A DNA stretch of 47,971 nucleotides from Patescibacteria group bacterium (GTDB taxonomy: Bacteria > Patescibacteriota > Patescibacteriia > Patescibacteriales > UBA12465), in NCBI GenBank assembly GCA_041661685.1, contig JBAZTY010000003.1, forward strand, positions 135,550 to 183,520, read 5' to 3'. Shown here in pieces: positions 9,718 to 19,860 of the stretch (positions are counted from its first letter, which is position 1; every line of letters starts with the position of its first letter). Under the pieces are notes generated by a model. That model worked only from the letters and a program-made list of their open reading frames with translations, had not been told where the DNA came from and searched no databases. The position numbers and the translations under genes were made by a program.

Positions 9718-11043
9718 TTGATCGGGCTCAAGATTGTCCACTTGCTAGGAAAGACCCTGATTAACATATTCCGGCTCGGGGCCGGATTTTTCCGTTTACT
9801 CTTTAAAGACATATTTTACGCGGTGCTAGCTAAGATTTACTATGGCATCTTTAAACTGAAAAAGAATGAACTGGCTAATAATGCGGTTTCTGAGGTCGCC
9901 AAGAATCATCTGGTTTATTTCTTCATCTTTTCTCTAACCGTCTTATTCGTCTTCACTAATCTCGTCGACCAGAGCCGCGCCGGCAGCCTAGAGACTAAGA
10001 TATCCAAGACAGTTATGGCTAATCTGATTCCAGCTGACTTAGGCTCTCGCCAAGACGAAGAACTAATCGAAGAAACAGCTATCCCGACCAATATCCTGGC
10101 GGCCGACCGCGCCAAATATGCCGGCGAAGAAAATACGCTGGATAAGCAAGACGGCCTGATTACCTTAGAAGATACTGATGATAGCCTGTCGCTAGCTTTC
10201 AACGACACTGGTGATACGATATTAAAACCGCTCTTTACTAGCGCGTCTTCTACGGGTAGCGAGGGCTTTATTCCGCAACGCAACGAAATCGTTTATTACA
10301 CTGTTCAAAACGGCGATACTGTCAGCACGATTGCCCGCCGCTTCGGCCTGACCGTTAATACTATACTCTGGGCTAATAATTTAAGCGCTTTTAGCCTGAT
10401 ACGTCCCGGCGACAGCCTGACGATATTGCCGGCGAGCGGCATCCTTTATACTGTAAAATCAGGAGATACAGCTTCTAAGATTGCCGCGAAATATGGAATC
10501 AAAGCCGATGACATCTTAAGCGCTAATAATTTCGGCAGCGGCCTTAAGGCTGGACAAAAACTGATATTACCGGGGGCTAGAAAAATTATTGAACAAGCCG
10601 CGATTGCTCGCCCCGCCACTCAGAGCGGCTTGTCCGTTATTAGCAATTTAATAAAATCTCCGACTGTGCAGGCCGGTACCGGTAAGATGGCTTGGCCGAC
10701 CGTCGGCTATCGCATTACTCAATATTTCTCCTGGCGTCATAATGGCGTCGATATCGGCAACAAGATCGGCACACCGATTTATGCGGCCGATGCCGGCGTA
10801 GTCGAAATCTCGCAGGGGGGCTATAATGGTGGTTATGGAAACACTATTGTTATTAACCATGGCAATGGGGTCAAAACTAGATATGGCCATGCTTCCAAGC
10901 TCTTCGTCAAAGTCGGCGACGTCGTCGAAAAGGGCGAGAACATCGCGGCCATGGGTTCGACCGGACGCTCCACCGGACCGCACCTGCATTTTGAAGTGCT
11001 AATTAATAAAGTAAGGTATAACCCGCTTAATTATATTAAATAA
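9718..11043 (+). CDS. LysM + M23 metallopeptidase (peptidoglycan hydrolase)
   Basis: Two LysM domains ([16 protein letters not shown]), M23 motifs HNGVD, YGH and STGPHLHFE, and an N-terminal TM segment. Start uncertain. Confidence 0.92.
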   Translation: MIGLKIVHLLGKTLINIFRLGAGFFRLLFKDIFYAVLAKIYYGIFKLKKNELANNAVSEVAKNHLVYFFIFSLTVLFVFTNLVDQSRAGSLETKISKTVMANLIPADLGSRQDEELIEETAIPTNILAADRAKYAGEENTLDKQDGLITLEDTDDSLSLAFNDTGDTILKPLFTSASSTGSEGFIPQRNEIVYYTVQNGDTVSTIARRFGLTVNTILWANNLSAFSLIRPGDSLTILPASGILYTVKSGDTASKIAAKYGIKADDILSANNFGSGLKAGQKLILPGARKIIEQAAIARPATQSGLSVISNLIKSPTVQAGTGKMAWPTVGYRITQYFSWRHNGVDIGNKIGTPIYAADAGVVEISQGGYNGGYGNTIVINHGNGVKTRYGHASKLFVKVGDVVEKGENIAAMGSTGRSTGPHLHFEVLINKVRYNPLNYIK

Positions 11044-11046
11044 TCT

Positions 11047-11304
11047 ATGTCTATCTTCTTGGGATTGCTAATCTTGGCCGCCGGGGTATTCCTGGTAGTG
11101 AGCACCGAATGGTTCTTGAGTAATTTCGGGCGCATCGCCTGGTTCGAAGACAAGCTTGGAACGGAGGGCGGGTCGCGCTTGGGCTACAAACTCGTCGGCA
11201 TCGCTTTTATAATAATCGGCATCATCGTCATGACCGGCAGCGGCAATGAATTCGGCCAATGGGCCTTGAGCCCGCTCTTGAAATATAGCGGCGGAGCGCA
11301 ATAA
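11047..11304 (+). CDS. Small two-TM membrane protein
   Basis: 85-aa ORF starting 3 nt after the M23 gene, with two hydrophobic segments. Confidence 0.7.
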   Translation: MSIFLGLLILAAGVFLVVSTEWFLSNFGRIAWFEDKLGTEGGSRLGYKLVGIAFIIIGIIVMTGSGNEFGQWALSPLLKYSGGAQ

Positions 11305-11307
11305 TGC

Positions 11308-11336
11308 TTGACCGCGAAAATATTAATTGCTAATCT
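11308..11336 (+). promoter_or_regulatory. Sigma70-type promoter for tRNA-Ala
   Basis: TTGACC-17 bp-TAATCT. Confidence 0.55.
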
Positions 11337-11353
11337 TTAATCGCGAAAGCTGA

Positions 11354-11427
11354 GGGCCCTTAGCTCAGCTGGCTAGAGCACCTGCTTTGCAAGCAGGGGG
11401 TCATCGGTTCGAATCCGATAGGGTCCA
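11354..11427 (+). tRNA. tRNA-Ala(UGC); CCA not encoded
   Basis: Acceptor GGGCCCT/AGGGTCC with G3:U70, anticodon arm CCTGC-TTTGCAA-GCAGG, T loop TTCGAAT. Confidence 0.97.
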
Positions 11428-11434
11428 CAAAATG

Positions 11435-11466
11435 AAAAAACCTCCAAATTACTTTGGAGGTTTTTT
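11435..11466. terminator. Bidirectional terminator between tRNA-Ala and the dGTPase-like gene
   Basis: AAAAAACCTCCAAA-TTAC-TTTGGAGGTTTTTT. Confidence 0.85.
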
Positions 11467-11491
11467 AAAAAATGTTCAAATTTCTATTTGT

Positions 11492-12577
11492 TTATACTTG
11501 ATGAAAATCCTCGGCATGCAAACTAGCATCAAAGATATCTATCTGGCTATCTTTAGGCAAGCGCAATAATATCTCCGCAAAACCGAGACTATCAAGAATA
11601 TTCTTATCCGCAATTGTCGGATATCTAGAAAATTTTGATATTCTTCTCATCTCCTGATCTGTCATCACGGCGATAGACAGGCATGGATCATAATTCACAA
11701 CATGACGCCAATGATACAAAAAATCATAAACGGCTTCTAAATCCTCTTTATCCTGCAAGCACTCCTTACTGGCATTGACCTTCCTATAAAAATTAGGATA
11801 AGACCATTGAAGCAAAGTTTCAAACTTATTCCCGATTTCCGAATCTCCAAAAGAAACAAACCCTTTCTTACTGCTCTCTTTCACTAAAGCGAAGAGGCAG
11901 TTCCGCCAGCGTTCTTGCAGATTCTCTCCTAAAAATAATAATTCGGGACGTAATTGCTTTTCAGTAAAATAGCCGCACCGCAAAGCATCATCATAATCTG
12001 ACAAAATAGCAATCTTATCGCAGATACTGCAAAGTATATATTCTTGGAACGAATAAGGATCGCTCTGCAGACGCGCCTCGCCACGCCTATGTCTTAATAC
12101 ACCCTGTAGTGTTTCCCAAGACAGATTAAGATTATAGATTTTTTGGAGCAGGACAACGCTCATGACTTCATGACCGAAAGTCCTTTTGGAAGTCCTGGTG
12201 ATAAATTTCTCTCCTACATGACCCCCGGCAGGATAACCAGTATCATGAGCGAGCAAGATAGCTTCGACTAGATTACTATTTAATCCTAAAATCCTAGCCG
12301 CCATCTTTCCTAAAAAAACCGCTTCTTTAGTATGTGTCTGCCGATTCCTTAGATAAGGATAATTTTGACAACTAAAGACCTGGGTTTTACCGATAAGCCT
12401 TTGAAACGCCTGACCAAGGAATATCTTCTCTGCATCTAGAGAGGGCGAATCAGAGACTTGGCTATAGACTTCATCATCGGCATTTAAAGGATAACAGTAA
12501 CCCAGGCTATCGCCAGGGTCAAACGCCTTAGCGGCTAACGAACCGTGATAAGGCCGAAAATCAATTTTCTGTTTCAT
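11492..12577 (-). CDS. Divergent dGTP triphosphohydrolase-like HD protein
   Basis: FQRLIGKTQVF, RNRQTH, AHDTGYPAGGHVGE and CDKIA resemble Dgt motifs. Confidence 0.8.
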   Translation of the reverse strand: MKQKIDFRPYHGSLAAKAFDPGDSLGYCYPLNADDEVYSQVSDSPSLDAEKIFLGQAFQRLIGKTQVFSCQNYPYLRNRQTHTKEAVFLGKMAARILGLNSNLVEAILLAHDTGYPAGGHVGEKFITRTSKRTFGHEVMSVVLLQKIYNLNLSWETLQGVLRHRRGEARLQSDPYSFQEYILCSICDKIAILSDYDDALRCGYFTEKQLRPELLFLGENLQERWRNCLFALVKESSKKGFVSFGDSEIGNKFETLLQWSYPNFYRKVNASKECLQDKEDLEAVYDFLYHWRHVVNYDPCLSIAVMTDQEMRRISKFSRYPTIADKNILDSLGFAEILLRLPKDSQIDIFDASLHAEDFHQV

Positions 12578-12680
12578 TATCGAGAGTTTTTTGGTTTATT
12601 TTAAAGTTCAAAGATGTTCTGATTATCTTTTGATAATCATTTCAGTTTAATTATATATAGCAAAAATGTCAATAAATAAG

Positions 12681-13670
12681 CTACTGAGCCAAGCTTATTA
12701 TCTCATTAATCAATCCTTGATAACTTAAGCCGGAATCCATCATCAGCATCGGGAACATCGAGATGTCCGTAAATCCCGGCAAGGTATTAATCTCATTGAT
12801 ATAGATGCGGCCGCGACTGAGGAAAAAATCGACGCGCGCGAATCCCTGACAGCCAGCCAGACGATAAATTTTCTCCGCTAATTTCCTAATTTCCTTAGTC
12901 TGTGCCGGAGTTATCTTAGCCGGAACAACGGCCTGCGCCTCACCCTTCTTATACTTATCTTCGTAATCATAAAAATCCTTAGCTAAGCGCAATTCTCCGG
13001 GACGAGAAACAAGCAATTTCTTATTGCCCATGACGGCTACTTCAATCTCTTTCGGACTATCAAGTCCTTCCTCTATAACGATTTTATTATCGTGCTTTAG
13101 GGCTGCCTTGATTGCCGGCGCGAGACCAGATGACTTGACGACGCGAGTGATGCCAATAGACGAACCGGAATTAGCCGGTTTTATATAAAGAGGAAACTCT
13201 AAGATATTTTTAATCCTGTCCAATTCGCGTTTAATCTCCGCCGGATTAAAAGCAAAGTAATCAAGAACTCCATACCCGACCTGACGGATATTATTAGCCG
13301 TCATCGCCGTCTTGAAGGCGGCCTTATCCATACACAGCGCCGAACTAAGCACGCGGCAGCCGCAATACTTTATTTTCTGAGACTCCAACAGACTCTGTAA
13401 GACGCCGTCTTCCCCATATTTTCCGTGTGTCATCAAGAGAGCGGCCTCAAATATCTTAGAAAAATCCTCCAAGCCAATCTGTCGATTAGCTGCTGGCTGT
13501 AATCTCTTAATATCTTTGACAAGGTAGAAACAACCATCCTGCTTGCGCCAATAGATTAAAGCCAGCTTATATTTCTTGTAATCAAAATTCTTCACCACGT
13601 TGCCGGCGGAAACGACCGAGACATCATGCTCGTTGCTAAGACCGCCGAAAAATAAGCCGATAGTTTTCAT
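12681..13670 (-). CDS. ddl: D-alanine--D-alanine ligase
   Basis: GGLSNEHDVS, HGKYGEDG, KPANSGSSIG, FYDYEDKY and NEINTLPG. Confidence 0.97.
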   Translation of the reverse strand: MKTIGLFFGGLSNEHDVSVVSAGNVVKNFDYKKYKLALIYWRKQDGCFYLVKDIKRLQPAANRQIGLEDFSKIFEAALLMTHGKYGEDGVLQSLLESQKIKYCGCRVLSSALCMDKAAFKTAMTANNIRQVGYGVLDYFAFNPAEIKRELDRIKNILEFPLYIKPANSGSSIGITRVVKSSGLAPAIKAALKHDNKIVIEEGLDSPKEIEVAVMGNKKLLVSRPGELRLAKDFYDYEDKYKKGEAQAVVPAKITPAQTKEIRKLAEKIYRLAGCQGFARVDFFLSRGRIYINEINTLPGFTDISMFPMLMMDSGLSYQGLINEIISLAQ

Positions 13671-13803
13671 AATATTTAAAAAATAATTTAAAATATGATT
13701 ATATTATAGGCCGAAACAGGATATTTTTAAAGACGGCTCTTGATAATATGCGACTATTGACATCTCAAAAAACATTATATAATATAAAAACAAATTAGAG
13801 GTT

Positions 13804-14064
13804 ATGTTAAAAGTTCTTTTAATCTTAACTATCTTACCTTTATTTGATAAGTCACCGGTTCTTCCGAATTATCCGGAGAAACAAGTGATCACGCAAGATA
13901 CTGCCAAGGAAGCTTTATTGCCTCCGGCTGTCGATTTATGCGCCAGCCAGTGGTTTATTATTAAAGTTAAAAAATCGTCGATGTTCTTCATCCGATCAAA
14001 TTCCTGGCCGCACGAAACGGTATCCTGTTTTGATGGCGACTTATCAGATGCGGTATGGACATAA
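13804..14064 (+). CDS. Hypothetical small protein with signal-peptide-like N-terminus
   Basis: Upstream TTGACA-17-TAATAT (13757-13785) and AGAGG before the ATG; terminator-like hairpin at about 14195-14225. Confidence 0.45.
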   Translation: MLKVLLILTILPLFDKSPVLPNYPEKQVITQDTAKEALLPPAVDLCASQWFIIKVKKSSMFFIRSNSWPHETVSCFDGDLSDAVWT

Positions 14065-14298
14065 TGAGCGCGGAAAGACGTTGAATAATCTTCATTGATT
14101 AACAGCGGCCATTATGTCCTCGATCTTAATCTTTCCTAAGGTTCTTTCAATTATTTTCATTAATCCGGTTTGAAAATTTTTATTTAAGATGTAGAAAGGC
14201 GAACGAAACGTTGTTCGCCTTTTTTATTTGAAGGCAGCGCTATTTGTCCGCCTTTCTATCGCCTTTCCGCCGACCCGCAAAAATGGTAAAATTACTAT

Positions 14299-17085
14299 AT
14301 GTCTAAAACCAAACCAAAACTTATTATCATTGACGGAAATGCCCTTATTCATCGCAGTTTTCATGCTATTCCACCGACGCTAAGAACCAAGGACGGCCAG
14401 CTTGTTAACGCCGTCTACGGCTTCACTTCCTTCCTATTAAAAGCTCTGAATGAATTCCATCCAGAATATGTCGTTCTAACTCTAGACAGAAAAGCTCCGA
14501 CTTTCCGCCACGAAGCCTATGCGGATTATAAGGCGACGCGCGTCAAAGCGCCAGACGAATTATATGAGCAGATTCCTTATGTAAAAAAAGTGGCGACCGC
14601 TTTTAATATCCCGATCTTCGAACTCGACGGCTATGAAGCTGATGATTTAATCGGCACTATCTGCGAACAGACTAAGAAGCATAAGAATCTAGAAAATATA
14701 ATTATCACCGGAGACTTAGATACGCTTCAACTTATTGATGACAAGACCAAAGTCTATACTATGAGCCGCGGCCTGTCCGATAGCGTCTTATACGGAATCG
14801 ACCAGGTTAAAGAGCGTTATAATCTTCTACCCGATCAGATTATCGATTACAAGGCCTTGCGCGGCGATGTCAGCGACAATATCCCAGGAGTAAAAGGCAT
14901 CGGCGAAAAGACCGCCAGCGATTTGTTAGTAGAATTCAAAACTTTAGACGGAGTCTATAAGGCAGTCGAAAAAAACAGCCCGAAAATAAAGCCGCGAATT
15001 TTAGAATTATTAAAAGCGAACAAGGCTAACGCTTATATGAGCCGGGAGCTCGCGACTATCAATCTGAAAGCGCCCATAAAATTTTCTCTGGCCGACGTGG
15101 AATTCGCCTCTTTTAAATTAGATAATGTCATGACTCTTTTCAGTGAATTAGAATTCCGATCGCTTCTTAATAAAGTGAAAGACGTTAGAGATATGCTCAA
15201 TAAGGCTCATGGCGGGCGGGCGGAAACCGAAAATGAAACGACTAAAACGAAAACAAAAGGAAAGGATGAAAAGACTGAATCGACGAAATTCGCGCGCAAC
15301 GCTAAAAAATTCGACTATCAACTGATAGACGACGACAAGAAATTCGCAGTCTTCTTGAAAAAATTAAAAATCAGGAAAGATTTTACTTATGATACCGAGA
15401 CTTCCAGACTTGATCCGATAACGGCCGAACTCTTAGGTATCAGTTTTTCGTGGAAAGAAGGCGAAGCTTATTTCGTCTTGGCGAATACCCAGCGCTTGGA
15501 AGCCTTGAAGCCGATCTTAGAGAATCCGAAAGTCAAGAAATACGGGCATAACCTCAAATTCGATTGGCGCGTCTTGAAAAACCAAGGCGTCGACGTCAAA
15601 GGCCTGGCGTTCGACACCATGATTGCCTCCTATCTCCTCAATCCCTCCAGCCGACAGCATAATCTGGATTCGCTAGTCTTTACCGAACTGGGTTTTGAAA
15701 AGATAAGCAAGGCCGACCTGGCTAGCTCCCAGCAGACTCAGCTGACTCTGGATTTTAAAGCCCTGGACGCCGACAAATTAAGCCTTTACTCTTGCGAAGA
15801 TGCTGATTTCACTAATCGCCTCGTCGCGATTTTATCGAAGAGATTAAAAGAAGAAAAACTGGAAGAATTATTCAATAAGATCGAGATGCCGCTCATTCCG
15901 ATCTTGGGCGCTATGGAAAATAATGGCATTAGGATGGAGACGGCGCCGCTAGAAAAATTAAGCGCGGAAGTAGCCAAAAAACTGGAAAAATTAGAAAAGG
16001 AGATTCATAAGCTAGCCGGCAGCAAATTCAATATCAATTCTACCAAGCAATTAAAGGAAGTGCTGTTTGAAAAACTAGAGATACCGACTGACAATTTAAA
16101 AAAGACTAAAACCGGCTTCTCGACGGCTGAAGATGAATTGATCAAGATGCGCGACTTGCATCCGATCATTCCGTTCATTCAGGACTACCGGGAATTGAAT
16201 AAGCTGCAGACGACTTATCTGAGCGCCTTGCCGCTCATGATCAATTCGAAAACCGGGCGAATCCATACCAGCTTCAATCAGACGATCACTGCCACCGGAC
16301 GCTTATCATCGACCGAGCCAAATCTGCAGAATATTCCTACCCGCACTGAAGAGGGTCAGAAGATCCGAGGTGCTTTCGTTGCCGAATCAGGCTACGAGTT
16401 GGCCGGGTTCGATTATTCGCAGATCGAGTTGCGCTTAGCCGCTCATATTTCCGGCGACAAGAAGATGATAACTACCTTTAACGACGGCGAGGACATCCAT
16501 AGCGCGACGGCGGCAGAAATAAACGAAGTAGGGCTTGAAGAGGTGACCAAGCAGATGCGCCGCGAAGCTAAAGCGATTAATTTCGGCATCATCTACGGCC
16601 AAGGACCGCATGGGCTCAGCCAGGGCGCCGGTATTTCTTACGCGCGCGCCAGCGAATTCATCAAGAAATATTTCCTTACCTATCCTAATATAAAGAAAAT
16701 GATGGATTCCTCAATCAGAGAGGCGCAAGAAAAAGGCTACGCCATCACGCTCTTCGGCCGCAAGCGCTCTTTGCCGGAAATAACTTCATCGATCCCGGCT
16801 ATACGCCGCAGCGCCGAGCGCATGGCTATAAATACGCCGCTCCAGGGTACGGCCGCTGATCTGATAAAGATAGCGATGATTGAAGTGGCCAAGCTCATCG
16901 AGGGAAAAGAAGATGAAATCAGGCTGCTCCTCCAAGTCCATGATGAATTGATATTTGAAATAAAGAAAGATAAGCTGGAAACCTATCTGCCTAAGATTAA
17001 AAAAATCATGGAGTCCGGCCTCAAGCTGCGCGTACCGATACTCGTAGAAGAAAACACCGGACACAGCTGGGGCGAATTGAAATAG
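14299..17085 (+). CDS. polA: DNA polymerase I
   Basis: 5'-3' exonuclease (IDGNAL, EADD), intact 3'-5' exonuclease motifs (YDTET, GHNLKFD, YSCEDAD), and polymerase motifs DYSQIELR and QVHDEL. Confidence 0.98.
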   Translation: MSKTKPKLIIIDGNALIHRSFHAIPPTLRTKDGQLVNAVYGFTSFLLKALNEFHPEYVVLTLDRKAPTFRHEAYADYKATRVKAPDELYEQIPYVKKVATAFNIPIFELDGYEADDLIGTICEQTKKHKNLENIIITGDLDTLQLIDDKTKVYTMSRGLSDSVLYGIDQVKERYNLLPDQIIDYKALRGDVSDNIPGVKGIGEKTASDLLVEFKTLDGVYKAVEKNSPKIKPRILELLKANKANAYMSRELATINLKAPIKFSLADVEFASFKLDNVMTLFSELEFRSLLNKVKDVRDMLNKAHGGRAETENETTKTKTKGKDEKTESTKFARNAKKFDYQLIDDDKKFAVFLKKLKIRKDFTYDTETSRLDPITAELLGISFSWKEGEAYFVLANTQRLEALKPILENPKVKKYGHNLKFDWRVLKNQGVDVKGLAFDTMIASYLLNPSSRQHNLDSLVFTELGFEKISKADLASSQQTQLTLDFKALDADKLSLYSCEDADFTNRLVAILSKRLKEEKLEELFNKIEMPLIPILGAMENNGIRMETAPLEKLSAEVAKKLEKLEKEIHKLAGSKFNINSTKQLKEVLFEKLEIPTDNLKKTKTGFSTAEDELIKMRDLHPIIPFIQDYRELNKLQTTYLSALPLMINSKTGRIHTSFNQTITATGRLSSTEPNLQNIPTRTEEGQKIRGAFVAESGYELAGFDYSQIELRLAAHISGDKKMITTFNDGEDIHSATAAEINEVGLEEVTKQMRREAKAINFGIIYGQGPHGLSQGAGISYARASEFIKKYFLTYPNIKKMMDSSIREAQEKGYAITLFGRKRSLPEITSSIPAIRRSAERMAINTPLQGTAADLIKIAMIEVAKLIEGKEDEIRLLLQVHDELIFEIKKDKLETYLPKIKKIMESGLKLRVPILVEENTGHSWGELK

Positions 17086-17114
17086 GCGTCGAAAAATAAA
17101 AAGCCGTATCTTTC

Positions 17115-17621
17115 TTAGATACGGCTACCGTCGCCGAACAATAAATCCGACAGCCAGGGCGATGACAGAATGAGAATCACCAACAGAATCAAGAAAATTA
17201 CAGACGCCACCAGCCCATATAGCATTCCTCCGTAAAAAACTGAATAATAAGACCCGAGGAAAGCAACTATGATGATCATAAGGTAGCGCGTGACCGTCCC
17301 CGTCTCTCTTCTAAACCATGCTGAAACGCACATCCAATAAAGAAAGGCGGCAAGAATGAAGGCAAAGACAAAATTCCACCAGGGCGGCAAAGCATACACT
17401 ATCTTGATTACGACAAATTCTGCTATATCTCTTTCAGTCATGAGTGGCAGGAAACCTCCATATCCAGAACCGAGAAGATAAAGCGTCAAACAGGGCGACA
17501 GAACGATGATGACCAAGATAAGCTCAGAGGCCATCCCTAAAAGAATAAGCCAAGCAGCCCTTATTTTGGCTAAACGGTATTCCCACGGAGATTTTCTCTG
17601 AAAATCAGCAACTTCTTTCAT
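17115..17621 (-). CDS. Hypothetical integral membrane protein
   Basis: 168 aa with about 4 hydrophobic segments; lies antisense between polA and murD. Confidence 0.6.
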   Translation of the reverse strand: MKEVADFQRKSPWEYRLAKIRAAWLILLGMASELILVIIVLSPCLTLYLLGSGYGGFLPLMTERDIAEFVVIKIVYALPPWWNFVFAFILAAFLYWMCVSAWFRRETGTVTRYLMIIIVAFLGSYYSVFYGGMLYGLVASVIFLILLVILILSSPWLSDLLFGDGSRI

Positions 17622-17696
17622 GTTTTATTTTTTTATAGAACTGTTAATATCTAATCATAGAACGAACTGTCACCATCTAACCATAAAATTTACCAA

Positions 17697-19034
17697 ATGT
17701 CCATAGTATCAAAAAATGTAAAAAAAATGGAGTTGCGACAGCTTGAGGGCAAGAAAATCGCCTTGCTCGGTTTCGGCCTGGATAATCAGGCTCTTTTGGC
17801 ATTACTAGAAAAGCATAAGATAAAGGCAGAAATCACAATCTGCGATGCTCGTCCCTTGTCCTCTCTGCCAGCTGCCAAAACGATCTATTCAAGAATAAAT
17901 TATCGTCTCGGCTCTTCCTTTAATAAGAATCTAAACGAATTCGATATTCTTTTCCGTTCCCCGGGTTGGCCAATCGCCTGTCCGGGAATTACCGAAGCTA
18001 ATAAGATGGGCTGGACCGAATTATCTAGCCCTCTTAATCTGTTCTTCTCTCTCTGTCCATCTCGAAACATCATCGGCGTAACCGGGACTAAGGGCAAAGG
18101 CACAACCGCGAGCCTGATTTATAAAATATTAAAAGACGCGAAAAAACGCGTCTGGCTCGGCGGCAATATCGGCATCCCGCCGCTAAGCTTTTTGGATAAG
18201 ATCAAACCGAACGACTATGTCGTCTTGGAATTATCCAGCTTCCAGCTTGAAGACCTGAAATATTCACCGCGTTTCTCAGTCATTACTAACCTATTCAGGG
18301 AACATCTCGCGCCAGCTGATCCTAACAATCCTAATTTCCATCCGTCTTATAAGGCTTATTGGCAAGCGAAATTACAGATTACAAAAAATACGAATAATAA
18401 ATATCTCGTAATAAATGAGAGTCTGGCTTCTAAAATAAAAACGGCCGGATTAAAATGTAAAATAATTTATTTTTCACCTAGTTCCCTGCCGTCTAAGCTA
18501 GTCGGCGACTTCAACCGCCAGAACATCGCGGCGGCCGTCGCTGTCGCCAAACTGCTAAAAATAAAATCGGAATCTTACAAAAAGACTATCGCTGATTTTT
18601 CGAACCTTGAGCATCGTTTAGAATTCGTCAGAGAATTGAAAGGCGCCAGATATTTCGACAATAGCTTCTCGACTACGCCCGAAAGCACGGAATTAGATTT
18701 AAAATCTTTCTCCACGCCGATAATATTGATTGCTGGCGGGTCTGACAAGGGCGCCGATTTCCGGCCCTTAGCCAAAACTATTAAGAAGCGCGTAAAATTA
18801 TTGATATTACTTCCGGGAAAGGCCACGCCGCGATTGAAAAAAATCGTAGAGGCGACCGGCCTATCAAAAAATCGTATAAAAGCGGCGAACGATATGGAGA
18901 AAGCGGTCGAGATAGCCAAGACAGCCAGCGAACCGGGAGACGTCGTCCTGCTGTCTACCGCCTGCGCCAGTTTCGGAATCTTCAAGAATTATAAAGAACG
19001 CGGCGACCTATTTAAAAAATATGTCAGAGAATAA
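17697..19034 (+). CDS. murD: UDP-MurNAc-L-Ala--D-Glu ligase (start may be 17727)
   Basis: RSPG, GVTGTKGKGTT, GGNIG, ELSSFQL, EHRLE and RGDLF. Confidence 0.95.
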   Translation: MSIVSKNVKKMELRQLEGKKIALLGFGLDNQALLALLEKHKIKAEITICDARPLSSLPAAKTIYSRINYRLGSSFNKNLNEFDILFRSPGWPIACPGITEANKMGWTELSSPLNLFFSLCPSRNIIGVTGTKGKGTTASLIYKILKDAKKRVWLGGNIGIPPLSFLDKIKPNDYVVLELSSFQLEDLKYSPRFSVITNLFREHLAPADPNNPNFHPSYKAYWQAKLQITKNTNNKYLVINESLASKIKTAGLKCKIIYFSPSSLPSKLVGDFNRQNIAAAVAVAKLLKIKSESYKKTIADFSNLEHRLEFVRELKGARYFDNSFSTTPESTELDLKSFSTPIILIAGGSDKGADFRPLAKTIKKRVKLLILLPGKATPRLKKIVEATGLSKNRIKAANDMEKAVEIAKTASEPGDVVLLSTACASFGIFKNYKERGDLFKKYVRE

Positions 19035-19860
19035 GAAAGAAGCTCCCAAAAATATCATCGGCGTCTTTGATTCCGGCCTCGGCGGTCTGACGGTCTTGAA
19101 ATATTTCTTGCGCGACCTGCCGAATTACAATTATATCTACCTCGGCGATAATGCCCGCCTGCCTTACGGCGAGAAATCGCAAGAGACGATTTATGAGTAC
19201 GCTCGCGAAGCCGTTGATTTCCTCTTCACCGCCGGCTGCAACCTCGTGATTATCGCCTGCAACACCGCTTCCTCCCAGGCGCTCCGCCGCTTACAGCATG
19301 AATATCTGCCGGCTGCTTACCCGGATCGCCGCATCTTAGGCGTTATCAGACCTTTAGCTGAGGCCGTCGCCCGCGATGATAGAATAAAATCCGTCGGCAT
19401 CATCGGCACTAAAGCGACTATAAAATCCCACGCTTATAAGTTAGAATTGGAAAAATTAAAACCGGATTTAAAAATAGAACAGCAAGCTACTCCCTTGCTC
19501 GTACCCCTCATCGAAGAAGGCTGGGCGCATAAGCCGGAAACGAAGATGATCTTGAAAAAATATCTGCGGCCGCTTAAAACCAAGCAAATCGACGCGCTCA
19601 TTCTCGGCTGCACGCATTATCCTTTTCTCCATAAAGAAATCGATAATATCATGGGCCGGCGCATCTTCGTGCCGCAGCCCGGAGAAATCATCGCCAGAAG
19701 CTTAGCCGATTATCTTACTCGCCACGAAGAATTGGGATTAAACTCCGTGGCCAACCCGCAATATAAATTCTATACGACCGACGATACTGCTCTGTTCCAG
19801 GAATGGGGCGAAAAATTTCTCGGCCGGAAGATAAAAGACTTAGAACAAATTAAATTATGA
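19021..19860 (+). CDS. murI: Glutamate racemase
   Basis: FDSGLGGLTV, IACNTAS and LGCTHYP. Confidence 0.97.
   Translation: MSENKKEAPKNIIGVFDSGLGGLTVLKYFLRDLPNYNYIYLGDNARLPYGEKSQETIYEYAREAVDFLFTAGCNLVIIACNTASSQALRRLQHEYLPAAYPDRRILGVIRPLAEAVARDDRIKSVGIIGTKATIKSHAYKLELEKLKPDLKIEQQATPLLVPLIEEGWAHKPETKMILKKYLRPLKTKQIDALILGCTHYPFLHKEIDNIMGRRIFVPQPGEIIARSLADYLTRHEELGLNSVANPQYKFYTTDDTALFQEWGEKFLGRKIKDLEQIKL

Noticed and set aside
11387..11569. 60-aa ORF
   Set aside because: Overlaps tRNA-Ala and its terminator.
12620..12644. Fur box upstream of the dGTPase-like gene
   Set aside because: Only a half-site (TGATAAT) matches; spacing does not fit the 7-1-7 consensus. Kept only as an unspecified palindrome.
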